DNA of 64,000 nucleotides from Nitrospinales bacterium (GCA_965223795.1 CBDCXL010000002.1:2436030-2500029), one strand, 5' to 3'. Positions 1-9,699 are shown, numbered from the stretch's first letter. Notes: generated by a model from the sequence alone, not told the origin. Numbers and translations are program-made.

Positions 1-740
1 CCTCACCCGCCCGCATTCTGATTTTATCTTATGTCATTCAAACAATGACGCTTTTTTCGCTTCCGATTGATAGGGGAAACATGGTTCCGTCTATACCCTC
101 TTTTTTAAAAAAGGGTTAGTTTATCACCATCCCGAATGGAGAGATGAATGTCTTATCTATGAATCCATTCGCAAACAGGGGGACAGGCTATGAACATGGA
201 ATCGGTTTTCGTCATCGGCATCCCAGTGGTTTATTTCGTGGTTTGCCTTTTGGTCTTTTGGACTCGATGGTGAAACTTATAACAATGAGTTCAAATCATG
301 CTCCAGGGATTTCGGTTTCATCGGTCTTCATGGAATGCAGGAATGAATCAGACCGTTGTGAGGCAGATCGGATATCACTGAGATGAATGAAATGCGAGAC
401 CTGGAATGGGAGAGAGTTTTGTCAGGGGGGACGACGCTTTCCCATTCCGGGTTCTCTTTCCATACAGAGCGAACGGTGCAAGCGGGCGACGCGTTTCACC
501 ACGGGTGTTCTCTCCTCATCAATGAAAGGGAGTGCCTCCGAAAACCCGTTCAGGCCAGGAACGGGGAACTATGCCTATCACTTCAGGCCCATGAAATCTT
601 CATTGAAGGGAGAGGCGCCCGTGGTGAAATGGACTGTGCCAAAATAATACAGATGTGCAATGATTTGAAAAAGAGAGTTGAGAGATAATTGCAGGCCATT
701 AAGATCCAAGGATCGTATTGCAGAAAGGAAGGGGAACATC

Positions 741-1136
741 ATGCGTCGAAGTAAGATTCTGGTGATCGATGATGAAGAGGATGTGCGTGACATCCTTCAG
801 CATCATCTTAAAAAAGAAAACTATCCGGTGTTGGCCGCGGAAAACGGCGAGGAAGCCATCGCTCTGCTGCGGCAAGAACACAATCGAGAAAATATAGGTT
901 TGATCTTTTGCGACATCCGCATGCCCAAAGTGAACGGCATCGAGTGCATCGATTTTCTGAATAAGGTATTTCCTGAGATTCCGGTGGTGGTGCTGACAGG
1001 TTATCCGGACATGGAGCTTGCGGAATCTCTGCTGAACAAGGGAGTGAAGGAATATCTGGTGAAACCGGTGGAAAGAAATATCCTGATCCGAACAACCGGG
1101 GAGCTGGTTGAAGCGGGGAGAGAAACCCCCATCTAA
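741..1136 (+). CDS. single-domain response regulator (CheY-like receiver)
   Basis: Within ORF 678..1136. The ATG at 741 is preceded by AGGAAGGGG. The protein reads MRRSKILVIDDEEDVRD..., has the phospho-acceptor context LIFCDIRMPKVNG, and ends LVKPV. There is no output domain. Confidence 0.9.
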   Translation: MRRSKILVIDDEEDVRDILQHHLKKENYPVLAAENGEEAIALLRQEHNRENIGLIFCDIRMPKVNGIECIDFLNKVFPEIPVVVLTGYPDMELAESLLNKGVKEYLVKPVERNILIRTTGELVEAGRETPI

Positions 1137-1317
1137 TTGGTTTTACCATGTCGGGATATCAGCGCCTGTAAATGAGAGGAAATGGAATAAAGCTGCGTCC
1201 GGGTTTAAGGCGAAACGAATGACACGCTTTATATTTCCTGTTCAGGTATAAAAATCCATTAAGCACCAGGATCCAGTCTGCAACGGTATTTTGTCAATCA
1301 GACCGTAGGAAAAAATT

Positions 1318-1851
1318 GTGGACATTTGTATAGATCACAACATCCACGCCCACAACATCCATGTCCACAACGCCAGACCTTGTTGTGCCTGCGTGCATGA
1401 TTCAGCGGATTCCCTGCAAATCCGCGGTATCGGCACACAACTTTCGCAGCAACATGTTCATCGGATATTTCTGGCTCTGGGTTTTAATGCGACGGTCCCT
1501 GTTTATCATGGAGTTGTGGGCAGTGCGGCGGCCTACATCACAGACTCAAAAAGCTACATAGTCTACAATCGATTTTTTTTCAATCGCTGGCATCCGATCC
1601 ATCCTGAAATTCCGGTTACATATTTTGCCCATGAGGTCGGTCACATCGTCGGCCGGCAACAAAACGTCTCCGACTCCCATGTTCGGGAGCTGGAAGCGGA
1701 CACCATCGCGGGATGGGTCATGAGGAGACTGGGAGCCACTGCGGAACAAACAGTTTTACGGTTCGATCTGTTTCCGGACAACGGGTCGGAAAGGTATCCC
1801 GACAGCATAACGCGCAGAAAGGCGACCCTTGAAGGATACTATTCCGCATAA
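1318..1851 (+). CDS. hypothetical protein with HExxH zinc-metallopeptidase motif
   Basis: 177-aa ORF with a GTG start. It contains AHEVGHIV (HExxH) followed about 15 residues later by RELEADTIAG, a spacing reminiscent of ImmA/IrrE-type peptidases. The N-terminus is His-rich (HNIHAHNIHVHN). Confidence 0.6.
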   Translation: MDICIDHNIHAHNIHVHNARPCCACVHDSADSLQIRGIGTQLSQQHVHRIFLALGFNATVPVYHGVVGSAAAYITDSKSYIVYNRFFFNRWHPIHPEIPVTYFAHEVGHIVGRQQNVSDSHVRELEADTIAGWVMRRLGATAEQTVLRFDLFPDNGSERYPDSITRRKATLEGYYSA

Positions 1852-1977
1852 GGCGGGATTTTTTCTCACAAGCGGATCTATCGATCGATCATCGGTACCG
1901 CTTTATACATTGTTTGCTCACAAGCTTATTTTTATGAGTATTTATCAACTGATGGAGCGGCTCGGGGAGGGCTCATT

Positions 1978-2205
1978 ATGAATGTTGACGAACTTCGAAA
2001 AGCCTTGCATCAATTCCAAACGGATCTGGATTTTCAAAAGAAGGTCAGTGAAGATCCCACAAAACTAGTTGAAAATGTACCTGAAGAGCAGGCTAGGCTG
2101 ATTGCGCCCATCGACAGGTTCTACGGCTATTTTTATAGACAGAGAAGCAATAATCTAGGTGGAAATGCTTCTTTTGGAGGACCGCCGTTCTACTGGCCGG
2201 GTTGA
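1978..2205 (+). CDS. small hypothetical protein with NHLP/Nif11-like leader-type N-terminus
   Basis: 75-aa ORF with a strong RBS (GGGGAGGG, 6 nt before the ATG). The N-terminus DELRKALHQFQTDLDFQKKVSEDPTKLVE resembles leader peptides. The C-terminus is aromatic/Gly-rich (FYGYFYRQRSNNLGGNASFGGPPFYWPG). Confidence 0.45.
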   Translation: MNVDELRKALHQFQTDLDFQKKVSEDPTKLVENVPEEQARLIAPIDRFYGYFYRQRSNNLGGNASFGGPPFYWPG

Positions 2206-2250
2206 TCCTGAGACTTGGTTATTAGATTGATGAAAGCAAAATCCAACTGA

Positions 2251-2286
2251 GAAAAAAGGGCACCTCTATCGTTTTTTGAGGTGCCC
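2251..2286 (-). terminator. rho-independent terminator candidate (minus strand)
   Basis: Stem GGGCACCTC (2258-2266) pairs with GAGGTGCCC (2278-2286), 9 bp perfect. Read on the minus strand it is followed by TTTTTTC (plus-strand A-run at 2252-2257). Confidence 0.45.
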
Positions 2287-2375
2287 TGCCATTTTGCTGC
2301 ATAGGGACTGATTCGAAGCTCACGGCTGTGCCGTGAATGCATTGCCTGAAAAGGCAAGACCATGATGGATTTCGT

Positions 2376-2405
2376 ATTCCGATTCCCATTCCCATTCCCA
2401 TTCCT
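2376..2405. repeat. hexanucleotide microsatellite (ATTCCC)n, about 5 units
   Basis: Read directly as attccg attccc attccc attccc attcct. It lies in a low-GC intergenic region about 370 bp upstream of the TonB-dependent receptor gene. Confidence 0.85.
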
Positions 2406-2775
2406 CAAATGGCCTGCGTTTCCTTAGATCGGATTCCCGAAACTTTGACAGGACTCCTCTCAAGTCATGAATGGATTTACCGCCACGGATCAAACTCAAA
2501 TACTTCGGCGCTTGAAACGTTCTGTTAAAGTATGAAACACGAAGACAGGTGCTTAGAGGCATAACAATTTGAGAATGAAACGAGTGGAACTTTGAATTCG
2601 GAAATATAATCCCAAGCGCAGCCATCAGCGGTGCATTTAGAAAAATATCGATCTGGGAATATGGCGAAAATAATAAATAAATTTCTATCAATATGTTGAA
2701 ATATTGTCTATATGGTCATACAATTTCCTCGCATAAAAACCCCCCGAATACAAACGAACGATTGCTGGGAACGTC

Positions 2776-4827
2776 ATGCGGCCCATCCATCGGCGAATTC
2801 GATCTGTTTTTTTTCTGGTTCCTCTCCTCTGGGTTGTCTCCGTCCACCTGAGTTATTCAGAAACATTAGATACAGATGTGATTTTTGAAATGGGCATCAA
2901 CCAGTTGATGCAGGTGGATGTGCTGGTGACTTCGGTCAGCAAGCGGCCGCAGAAGCTGCATGAAACCGCTTCTGCGATTTATGTCGTGAGCCAGGAAGAC
3001 ATCCGGCGCACCGGGGCGGTCAATATCATGGAGGCTCTTAGGATCGTGCCGGGTGTCCTGGTCTCGAAAATCAACCAGAATCGCTATGTGGTGTCGATCC
3101 GCGGTTTCAACCGCAGGTTCGGGTCGGACAAACTGCTGGTTCTTATCGACGGTCGGTCCATATACAGTCAATCGGAAGCGGGCACGTTCTGGCGGGCTCA
3201 CGACACGGTCCTGGAGGACATCGACCGGATCGAGGTGATCCGCGGCCCGGGAGCGGCTTTGTGGGGCTCCAACGCGGTGGCCGGGGTGATCAACATCATC
3301 ACAAAAAGTGCGGATCAGACTCAGGGCATACTTGCATCCGCCGGCGGCGGAACCGAGGAAAAAGCGTTTGGCACCCTGCGGTACGGGGGCAAGATCAGCG
3401 AGAAATTCTTTTACCGGATTTACGGCAAATACCGGGACCGTGATGCGGGTAAGAATGTTGACGGTTCCGATGCGTTTGATAACAAGCAAATGGGGCAGGC
3501 CGGGTTTCGAAGCGACTGGAAGTTGACCGCTAATGATCATCTGACGATGCAGGGGGATTATTACAATCTGGACTCTCAGTTCGATATTTTCCGTCTGGTT
3601 TCCATCGAGGCGGGAAGCTCAAATTTCCAGGGCGGATTGATCCACAAGGGAGGCAATTTTCTCACGCGCTGGACGCATGCATTTCAGGATGCTTCCAAGT
3701 TTAAATTTCAGTTTTATTACGATTACGTGCAAAGACAAACCACCGCTCCTTTCAATCAAAGAGCCGATACATTTGATTTTGAAACCCAGTATGATTTCAG
3801 GCTCGGAACACGTCAGAAAGTGTCACTGGGTGCGAACTACCGCCACATCAAGTTCAATTCGGAAGAGAGCAACCTCAACCGCTTTGCCGACAGCACGACC
3901 AATATCAGCAGCGACCTGTTCGGGTTTTTCGTGCACGATGAAATCACTCTCATTCCCGACCGCTGGAATGTGATTGTTGGGTCTAAATTCGAACACAATA
4001 TCTTTTCTGGTTTTGAAATCCAGCCCAATATCCGCACGACTTGGACGCCGTACCCGAACCATATGTTTTGGGGGGCCATATCACGCGCCGTGAGGCTCCC
4101 CACCGTTCGCGAAGAACGGAGGTTTTCCGATGGTCAGGTGTTCAACGTGCCCGGTTTTCCGAATCCCATTCTGGTCCGACTGCAAGGCGACGGCAGGACG
4201 GAGGCGGAAGAACTCTTGGCTTATGAAATCGGGTACCGGCGCCAGTTCCCCGCACAAAAGGTCAGTTTTGATGTCACGACCTTTCTGTTTCAATACGACA
4301 ACATCATCGACGCGGTGTTTGAACCGCCCCTGTTTTTGGAAACCACGCCGCCGGGACCGCCGCGTCTGGTCAATCTGCTGCGCAATGATAACGCCATAAA
4401 AGGTGAGGCCTATGGCGTGGAGATGAGCACGGAATGGCAGGCGTTGGAACGGCTGCGTTTCGCTATCAGTTATACGTTTTTAAAAACGGATTTGCGGCAG
4501 AAGCTGCCGGATGCGTTTATCGGGCAGGGAGACTTTGAGGCCGAGGAGGAACCGGAGCACATCGTCACTGCCCGTTCCTATCTGAACCTGCCGCACAATC
4601 TGGAATTCGACACGATGTTGTATTATGTGGGTAAGAACGTGGCCCGGGATGTGCAAAACTACCTGCGTCTGGATCTGCGTCTGGGATGGAGGCCCGTCAA
4701 AGAGGTGGAACTGTCCCTGGTGGGGCAAAACCTGCTCGACGACCAGCATTCCGAACTCAATGAACTCGATGAGGCGAATTCAGAAACCGAGCGCAGTTTT
4801 TATGTAAAGGGCACGTTTCGGTTTTAA
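2776..4827 (+). CDS. TonB-dependent outer-membrane receptor
   Basis: 683 aa with a signal peptide. The plug-domain signature reads IYVVSQEDIRRTGAVNIMEALRIVPGV...IRGF...LVLIDGRSIY...IDRIEVIRGPGAALWGSNAVAGVINIITK. A long beta-barrel region ends in a terminal aromatic residue (YVKGTFRF). Confidence 0.93.
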   Translation: MRPIHRRIRSVFFLVPLLWVVSVHLSYSETLDTDVIFEMGINQLMQVDVLVTSVSKRPQKLHETASAIYVVSQEDIRRTGAVNIMEALRIVPGVLVSKINQNRYVVSIRGFNRRFGSDKLLVLIDGRSIYSQSEAGTFWRAHDTVLEDIDRIEVIRGPGAALWGSNAVAGVINIITKSADQTQGILASAGGGTEEKAFGTLRYGGKISEKFFYRIYGKYRDRDAGKNVDGSDAFDNKQMGQAGFRSDWKLTANDHLTMQGDYYNLDSQFDIFRLVSIEAGSSNFQGGLIHKGGNFLTRWTHAFQDASKFKFQFYYDYVQRQTTAPFNQRADTFDFETQYDFRLGTRQKVSLGANYRHIKFNSEESNLNRFADSTTNISSDLFGFFVHDEITLIPDRWNVIVGSKFEHNIFSGFEIQPNIRTTWTPYPNHMFWGAISRAVRLPTVREERRFSDGQVFNVPGFPNPILVRLQGDGRTEAEELLAYEIGYRRQFPAQKVSFDVTTFLFQYDNIIDAVFEPPLFLETTPPGPPRLVNLLRNDNAIKGEAYGVEMSTEWQALERLRFAISYTFLKTDLRQKLPDAFIGQGDFEAEEEPEHIVTARSYLNLPHNLEFDTMLYYVGKNVARDVQNYLRLDLRLGWRPVKEVELSLVGQNLLDDQHSELNELDEANSETERSFYVKGTFRF

Positions 4828-4992
4828 CCATCGTCGGATAATGCGAGTCTATTTATCATCCAACAATGCTTTCCACAAGTGATAGGCTGCGGCCTTGAAT
4901 TGCCGAACCGGTTCGGTTACCCTTAACTTTTTGCATCGACCACCGAGCCGCCGCATGGTTTCTGCCGATTCATCAGCTCTTTCGGACCCGTC

Positions 4993-6801
4993 TTGATCGC
5001 CCGCCTCAAAGCAAACGATTTCTTCTGGGTTTGCATCTGGTCGCTGCTCTGCCTGCTGGCTTTTTCCTACAAACTGCATTCGGTCCCGCCTTACGACATC
5101 GACGAGTATTACTACGTCCGCTCCGTCAAGTTCATGGTGGAAAACGGCGACTACATCACGCCCCGGTTCCACGACATCGTGGCCTGGGAGGACGTGCGCA
5201 CCAAACGTTTTGAAAAGCCCATTTTGACTTACTGGGCGATCGCCCTGTCGTACAAGCTGTTCGGCGTGGATTATGTATCCGCGCGGCTTCCCTCGGTGCT
5301 GGCCGGAGCGTTGTGCATTCCTTTCCTGTACCTGCTGGGCCGCCGGCTGTTCGGACAGGGGCCGGCGTGTTACAGCGCGCTCATCTTTCCCGGCCTGCTG
5401 CTGCATTTTGAAAAATCCCGGCTCGCCCGGCCGGACATGATCATGACGCTTTTGATCCTGGCGTCGATCTACTTTTTCGTGCGCGGCTTTCAGGAACCGG
5501 AATCGCGGAAGCGGAACTTCCTCCTGTTTTACCTGTGCCTGGGACTGGGGTTTCTCACCAAGGGGCCGGTGGCGGTGCTGCTGCCGCTTTTGCCCATCGG
5601 CCTGTTTCTTACCCTGCCGAAAAACCGCCTGCCGTTCGGCCAGATGCACCTGGGGACCGGTGCGCTGGTGTTTGTCGCGGTCAATCTGCCCTGGTTCGCC
5701 GCGGTGCTCGCCATCCACGGCCAGGAATACATCGATCATGTGCTGCAGGTCGAGATCAAGGGGCGCATGCTGCATTCGGATGGGTACAAATTGTTTTACC
5801 TCTACATGCCGTTCGTCTACACCCTGCCGTGGTCCGGCTTTTTTTTGGCGGCGCTGGTTTCCATTCTGGGCGGCGGCCGTGGAGAAGAGGTGTGGACATC
5901 CGGGGAACGGCCGTTCATTCGAGAGCAATGGGCGCGCGTTGTAAACAGACTGCGAATGCTTGCGGAGCCATCCAACCGCTGGATTTTATTCTGCCTCATC
6001 TGGTTCTGCGTGCCGTTGATCTTCTTCACCGTGTTTCAGAATTACCGCGCCCGCTACATCCTCACCGTGTGCGCGCCGCTGGCGATGCTCACCGGGACGT
6101 TTCTGCACCGCATGCTGGCGGATTCGGACAGGCTCAGGTCCAGGCTGTTCAAAGGTCCCTTGTACCTGTGCTTTCTCTATTATTTCGGCTTGGCGTTCTA
6201 CCTGGGTTTCATCTATGTTTTTTTCAGCCAGGTGCTGCATGCGCCGGTCTGGGTGACCGTGTTTCCCCTGCTGCTCGCGCTGGGGCTGTTGCGGCTCATC
6301 CATCTGTACCGCAAACGGCGCGGCGTGCCGCTGGTGGTGACCCTGGGCGTGTTCCAGGTGTTGATCCTGGCTCTGGTACACGGCGACATCCTGCCCTACT
6401 ACAACCACTATCCGCTCAAGAAGCTGGCACAGGCGATTCGCGAGCAGGGGACGGGCGAAGAGGAAGTGTACATCCTGAATCTGGGGAACGACGGTCCCAA
6501 GCTGGGCGTGCAGACCCTGCACTGGGTGCGCGTGTTCGGCGATCCCCAGGTGATCGAGCGTGCCATCGAGAAGGATAAAAAGATATTCGTTGTGCTCACG
6601 GAAACGGACTGGAAAGCGCATCTGCCCGATGCGCCGCTCATCGAGGTTGCCCGCGATTTCCGGTTGAAGAATATCAAGGTGAATGCCAAGCTGGTCCAGA
6701 CCGTGCGGGAGCGGGGCTTCGTCGAGACGTTTCAGGATTATCTGGAAGTGCGTATTTTGTTCGCCAACCGCCCTTTGCAACCGGTGGCGGCTTCGCCTTA
6801 A
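4993..6801 (+). CDS. ArnT/PMT-like glycosyltransferase (GT39/GT83-type, polytopic membrane protein)
   Basis: 602 aa with more than 10 hydrophobic helices. The N-terminal region FEKPILTYWAIALSYKLFGVDYVSARLPSVLAGALCIPFLYLLGRRLFG is typical of dolichyl/undecaprenyl-phosphate-sugar transferases. The start is TTG and uncertain. Confidence 0.8.
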   Translation: MIARLKANDFFWVCIWSLLCLLAFSYKLHSVPPYDIDEYYYVRSVKFMVENGDYITPRFHDIVAWEDVRTKRFEKPILTYWAIALSYKLFGVDYVSARLPSVLAGALCIPFLYLLGRRLFGQGPACYSALIFPGLLLHFEKSRLARPDMIMTLLILASIYFFVRGFQEPESRKRNFLLFYLCLGLGFLTKGPVAVLLPLLPIGLFLTLPKNRLPFGQMHLGTGALVFVAVNLPWFAAVLAIHGQEYIDHVLQVEIKGRMLHSDGYKLFYLYMPFVYTLPWSGFFLAALVSILGGGRGEEVWTSGERPFIREQWARVVNRLRMLAEPSNRWILFCLIWFCVPLIFFTVFQNYRARYILTVCAPLAMLTGTFLHRMLADSDRLRSRLFKGPLYLCFLYYFGLAFYLGFIYVFFSQVLHAPVWVTVFPLLLALGLLRLIHLYRKRRGVPLVVTLGVFQVLILALVHGDILPYYNHYPLKKLAQAIREQGTGEEEVYILNLGNDGPKLGVQTLHWVRVFGDPQVIERAIEKDKKIFVVLTETDWKAHLPDAPLIEVARDFRLKNIKVNAKLVQTVRERGFVETFQDYLEVRILFANRPLQPVAASP

Positions 6802-6809
6802 ATTTTAGC

Positions 6810-6930
6810 TCTTTGCATAAGTTCAAGTCTGTCATGCTGAGCTTGTCGAAGCATGATTCAATGCACCCTTCGACAGGCTCAGGGTGACAATGTGAGACCC
6901 GGATTCTCGTGCGATTGACTTATGCAAAGA
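6810..6930. repeat. nested inverted-repeat element (structured, MITE/REP-like)
   Basis: An outer 13-bp stem pairs 6810-6822 with 6918-6930 (tctttgcataagt / acttatgcaaaga). An inner 22-bp stem pairs 6830-6851 with 6868-6889, with 1 mismatch and 2 G-U pairs, around a 16-nt loop. Confidence 0.7.
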
Positions 6931-6981
6931 TCTGTTAATACGAGAGAGCGCGGTGTTTGCATTGAATCCAGAGGCGAAACC

Positions 6982-7485
6982 ATGAGCGTCCTATCGGGCA
7001 AATTGATTCTGGTCGCCATTCCCAAAAGCCAGTTTGAGGAAGGGGAGCTGTTGCCGCTGCGCGAGATCCTGATCGGCGCCGGGGCGCGGGTGTTCGTGCT
7101 TTCCAAAAGCGGGCAGGCGGCGCGGGGGATGGAAAAAACCTCTTTTCAGCCCGACGGGACCATCGTCGATTGGGACAAGCAGCCGGGAGTGGTTGGGAAA
7201 TACCATGCCGTCGTGGTGCTCGGCGGCCGGGGCGCGTCCAAGTCCCTGTGGGAGGATCCGATCCTGCCGCAGATCCTGACCGATCACTTCCGGGCGGAGC
7301 GGATCGTCGCCGCGATGGGGGAGGGCGCGCCGGTGCTGGTGCGCGCCGGGCTGTGCGGCGAAGACGATCTGCCCGAACCGGGATCGAGCGAGGCTTTGGT
7401 GGTGTCCGGCCGGGTGTTGCTGGCGGCGGGAAAAAACGCGATGGCGTCCTTTCTGGCGGCGCTGACCCGCCTGTTGACGGAGTGA
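6982..7485 (+). CDS. DJ-1/PfpI-like (class I glutamine amidotransferase-like fold) protein
   Basis: Within ORF 6922..7485, ATG at 6982. The layout GKLILVAIPKSQFEEGELLPLREIL..AGARVFVLS...YHAVVVLGG...IVAAMGEGAPVL follows the DJ-1/PfpI pattern. No nucleophile Cys is visible at the elbow. Confidence 0.55.
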   Translation: MSVLSGKLILVAIPKSQFEEGELLPLREILIGAGARVFVLSKSGQAARGMEKTSFQPDGTIVDWDKQPGVVGKYHAVVVLGGRGASKSLWEDPILPQILTDHFRAERIVAAMGEGAPVLVRAGLCGEDDLPEPGSSEALVVSGRVLLAAGKNAMASFLAALTRLLTE

Positions 7486-8732
7486 CTGCTGTGTGCTTTT
7501 CGAACCGCTGGATCTGGATGTTCATTTTCTTCGTCGCCGGTGTCCACTGCGCGCCCGCCCCACTGAAAGAGAGCGATTCCGTCCAATTGCCGCAGGTCGT
7601 CTTTGTGCCGGGTTATTACGGCAGCACGCTGATCCGGGAACGGGACGCCAGGACGATCTGGTTCACGGCGGCGCAGGCGTTGTTCGGCGATCAGACCCTG
7701 GCGCTCGATGACGGGGGAATCCGTATTCCCGGCGCCGCGACCATGCGGGTGGGGGAGGTGTTCCGCTCACTGGGTGTCTTGAAGGAGGTGTACGGACCGG
7801 TGCTGGACGGATTGCAGGCGCGGCTTTCCGGCCGGGCCGACGTGGTGCCGTTCGCGTACGACTGGCGGCAGGACATCACGCACAGCGCCGCAAGGCTGGG
7901 CCAACGGGTGGACGCGCTGAATGCCAAAGGGGCGCTCAAAGTGGCGGTGGTCGCGCACAGCATGGGCGGTCTGGTCACCGCGCATTACCTGCTATACGGC
8001 GGCCAGCCACAGGAAAACGCGCGCCTGAACCTGGCCGGGGCGGACCGGCTGCACGCGGTGGCGATGGCGGCCGCGCCGTTTGCGGGCACGCTGGCGGTGT
8101 TCCGCAATATGCAGCACGGCATCCGGTTCGGGCTCAACGCTCGGGCTCTGGAAGGGTTGGCGGTGGCTTCGTTCCCGTCCAGCTATCAGATTCTGCCGCA
8201 GTATCCCAATGCTCTGGTTGCGCGCGGCGGTGCGGATCTGTCGGACTGGATCTTCGATGCGGCGCGCTGGCAGGAACGGGAATGGAGCCTGCTGAAAAAT
8301 GCGGACGCGCTCGATCCAAAGACGCGCGAGAACCGCGAACGCACCACCCGCGCCCTGCTGGATGCGGCGCGGGCGTTTAATGAAAGCATGCGTCCCGCTG
8401 CATCGGATAGGGAAAGCGATCTGCCGTTTTTGTATTATTACAGCGATTCGGTGCCGACGGTGGAGCGCGCCCAATGGCACGAAAAACAGCGCACGCTGCT
8501 GTTTCCGGGCAGGGATGCAAAGCAATTGCAAGATCCGGCGTCCTATTATTCACCGGGAGACGGCACGGTCACACGGGCCTCGGCGCAGCCGCCGGAACGG
8601 CTCGCCGCGCTCTTTCCAGCCCTTGTGATCGAGAAAAAGCCGCAGGAGCATTTAGAGATGCTGCACGATGCGGACAACCTGAACGCCATCGTCGAATTTC
8701 TGGAAGACGCCCTGGAGCTTCCCGATGCCTGA
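7482..8732 (+). CDS. LCAT-like lipase / alpha/beta hydrolase, secreted
   Basis: This is the C-terminal 417 codons of ORF 7170..8732. The GTG at 7482 overlaps the upstream stop (GTGA). It has a hydrophobic N-terminus, VVFVPGYYGSTL, the nucleophile elbow VAHSMGG, and PFAYDWRQD, typical of the lecithin:cholesterol acyltransferase family. The start is uncertain (an ATG near 7518 is possible). Confidence 0.75.
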   Translation: MTAVCFSNRWIWMFIFFVAGVHCAPAPLKESDSVQLPQVVFVPGYYGSTLIRERDARTIWFTAAQALFGDQTLALDDGGIRIPGAATMRVGEVFRSLGVLKEVYGPVLDGLQARLSGRADVVPFAYDWRQDITHSAARLGQRVDALNAKGALKVAVVAHSMGGLVTAHYLLYGGQPQENARLNLAGADRLHAVAMAAAPFAGTLAVFRNMQHGIRFGLNARALEGLAVASFPSSYQILPQYPNALVARGGADLSDWIFDAARWQEREWSLLKNADALDPKTRENRERTTRALLDAARAFNESMRPAASDRESDLPFLYYYSDSVPTVERAQWHEKQRTLLFPGRDAKQLQDPASYYSPGDGTVTRASAQPPERLAALFPALVIEKKPQEHLEMLHDADNLNAIVEFLEDALELPDA

Positions 8733-9699
8733 TTATCCGACCTTGGAGGAGATCGAAGCGGCGCGCGAGCGGCTGGCGCCTTTCATCGTCGAAACGCCCA
8801 CCCAGCGCTGGACGGACCCGGACGGCAGCGAGGCGCTGGGAGCGGAAGTCCACGTCAAGCTGGAGCTGTTCCAGGTGACGGGAACCTTCAAGCCGCGCGG
8901 CGCGCTCAACAACATGCTGCACCTCACGCAGCAGGAGCTCAAACGCGGCGTCACCGCGGTGAGCGCCGGCAACCACGCCATCGCCACCGCCTATGCAGCG
9001 AAGGTATTGGGCAGCTCGGCGAAAGTGGTGATGCCGAAAAACGCCAATCCTCTGCGTAAACAGCGGGCGCGGGCGCTGGGCGCGGACATCGTCGAGGCGG
9101 ACGATTCGCACGACGCGTTCGCCAAAGTGGAAGCGATCGAACGGAACGAGGGCCGGCGCTTCGTCCACCCCTTCGAAGGCCCGATGACGCTTGCGGGCAC
9201 CGCCACCGCCGGGCTGGAGATGACGCGGCAGGCTCCGAAGCTCGACTGCATGATCCTGCCGATCGGCGGCGGCGGGCTGTGCGGCGGCTTCGCGGCGGCG
9301 CTCAAACAGGTGTGGCCGGGCATCCGTGTCTACGGGGTGGAACCGCAAGGGGCCGCCTGCATGAGCGAAAGTTTCCAGGCGGGAAAACCGGTGGCGCTGA
9401 CGCGCATCGACACGATCGCCGACAGCCTGGCCCCGCCCCGGGCGGAGCCTTACACCTATGCGGTGTGCCGCCGGTTTGTGGACGACATCGTCACGGTGGG
9501 CGATGCGGAGCTGAAGGTGGCCATGCGGCGGCTGTTCTACGGCATGAAGCTCGCGGTGGAGCCCGCGGGCGCGGCCGCGGCGGCGGGGCTTTTAGGTCCG
9601 CTCCAGGACAGGGTGCGGGGTAAAAAGGTGGGGATCATCGCCTGCGGCGCCAACATCGGCCTCGCCGATTTCTGCGGCCTGGTGGCCGGCGGCGGGTGA
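8725..9699 (+). CDS. PLP-dependent threonine/serine dehydratase family enzyme
   Basis: 324 aa. It contains the PLP-lysine motif TGTFKPRGA, SAGNHA, and the glycine loop PIGGGGL. It overlaps the upstream gene by 8 nt. Confidence 0.85.
   Translation: MPDYPTLEEIEAARERLAPFIVETPTQRWTDPDGSEALGAEVHVKLELFQVTGTFKPRGALNNMLHLTQQELKRGVTAVSAGNHAIATAYAAKVLGSSAKVVMPKNANPLRKQRARALGADIVEADDSHDAFAKVEAIERNEGRRFVHPFEGPMTLAGTATAGLEMTRQAPKLDCMILPIGGGGLCGGFAAALKQVWPGIRVYGVEPQGAACMSESFQAGKPVALTRIDTIADSLAPPRAEPYTYAVCRRFVDDIVTVGDAELKVAMRRLFYGMKLAVEPAGAAAAAGLLGPLQDRVRGKKVGIIACGANIGLADFCGLVAGGG

Noticed and set aside
383-688. Two overlapping ORFs (383..688 and 387..647) upstream of the first response regulator
   Set aside because: I cannot decide between the frames, I see no recognisable motif or clear RBS, and both contain several rare codons. 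One may be real, but I cannot support it.
4849-6578. Long overlapping ORFs (4849..5928 minus, 5535..6578 plus, 5986..6780 minus)
   Set aside because: All overlap the polytopic glycosyltransferase frame, which is the only one giving coherent TM helices.
7170-7481. N-terminal 104-codon extension of the lipase ORF
   Set aside because: It overlaps the DJ-1-like gene in another frame and translates to an Arg/Gly/Pro-rich string. A GTG at 7482 coupled to the upstream stop is more plausible.
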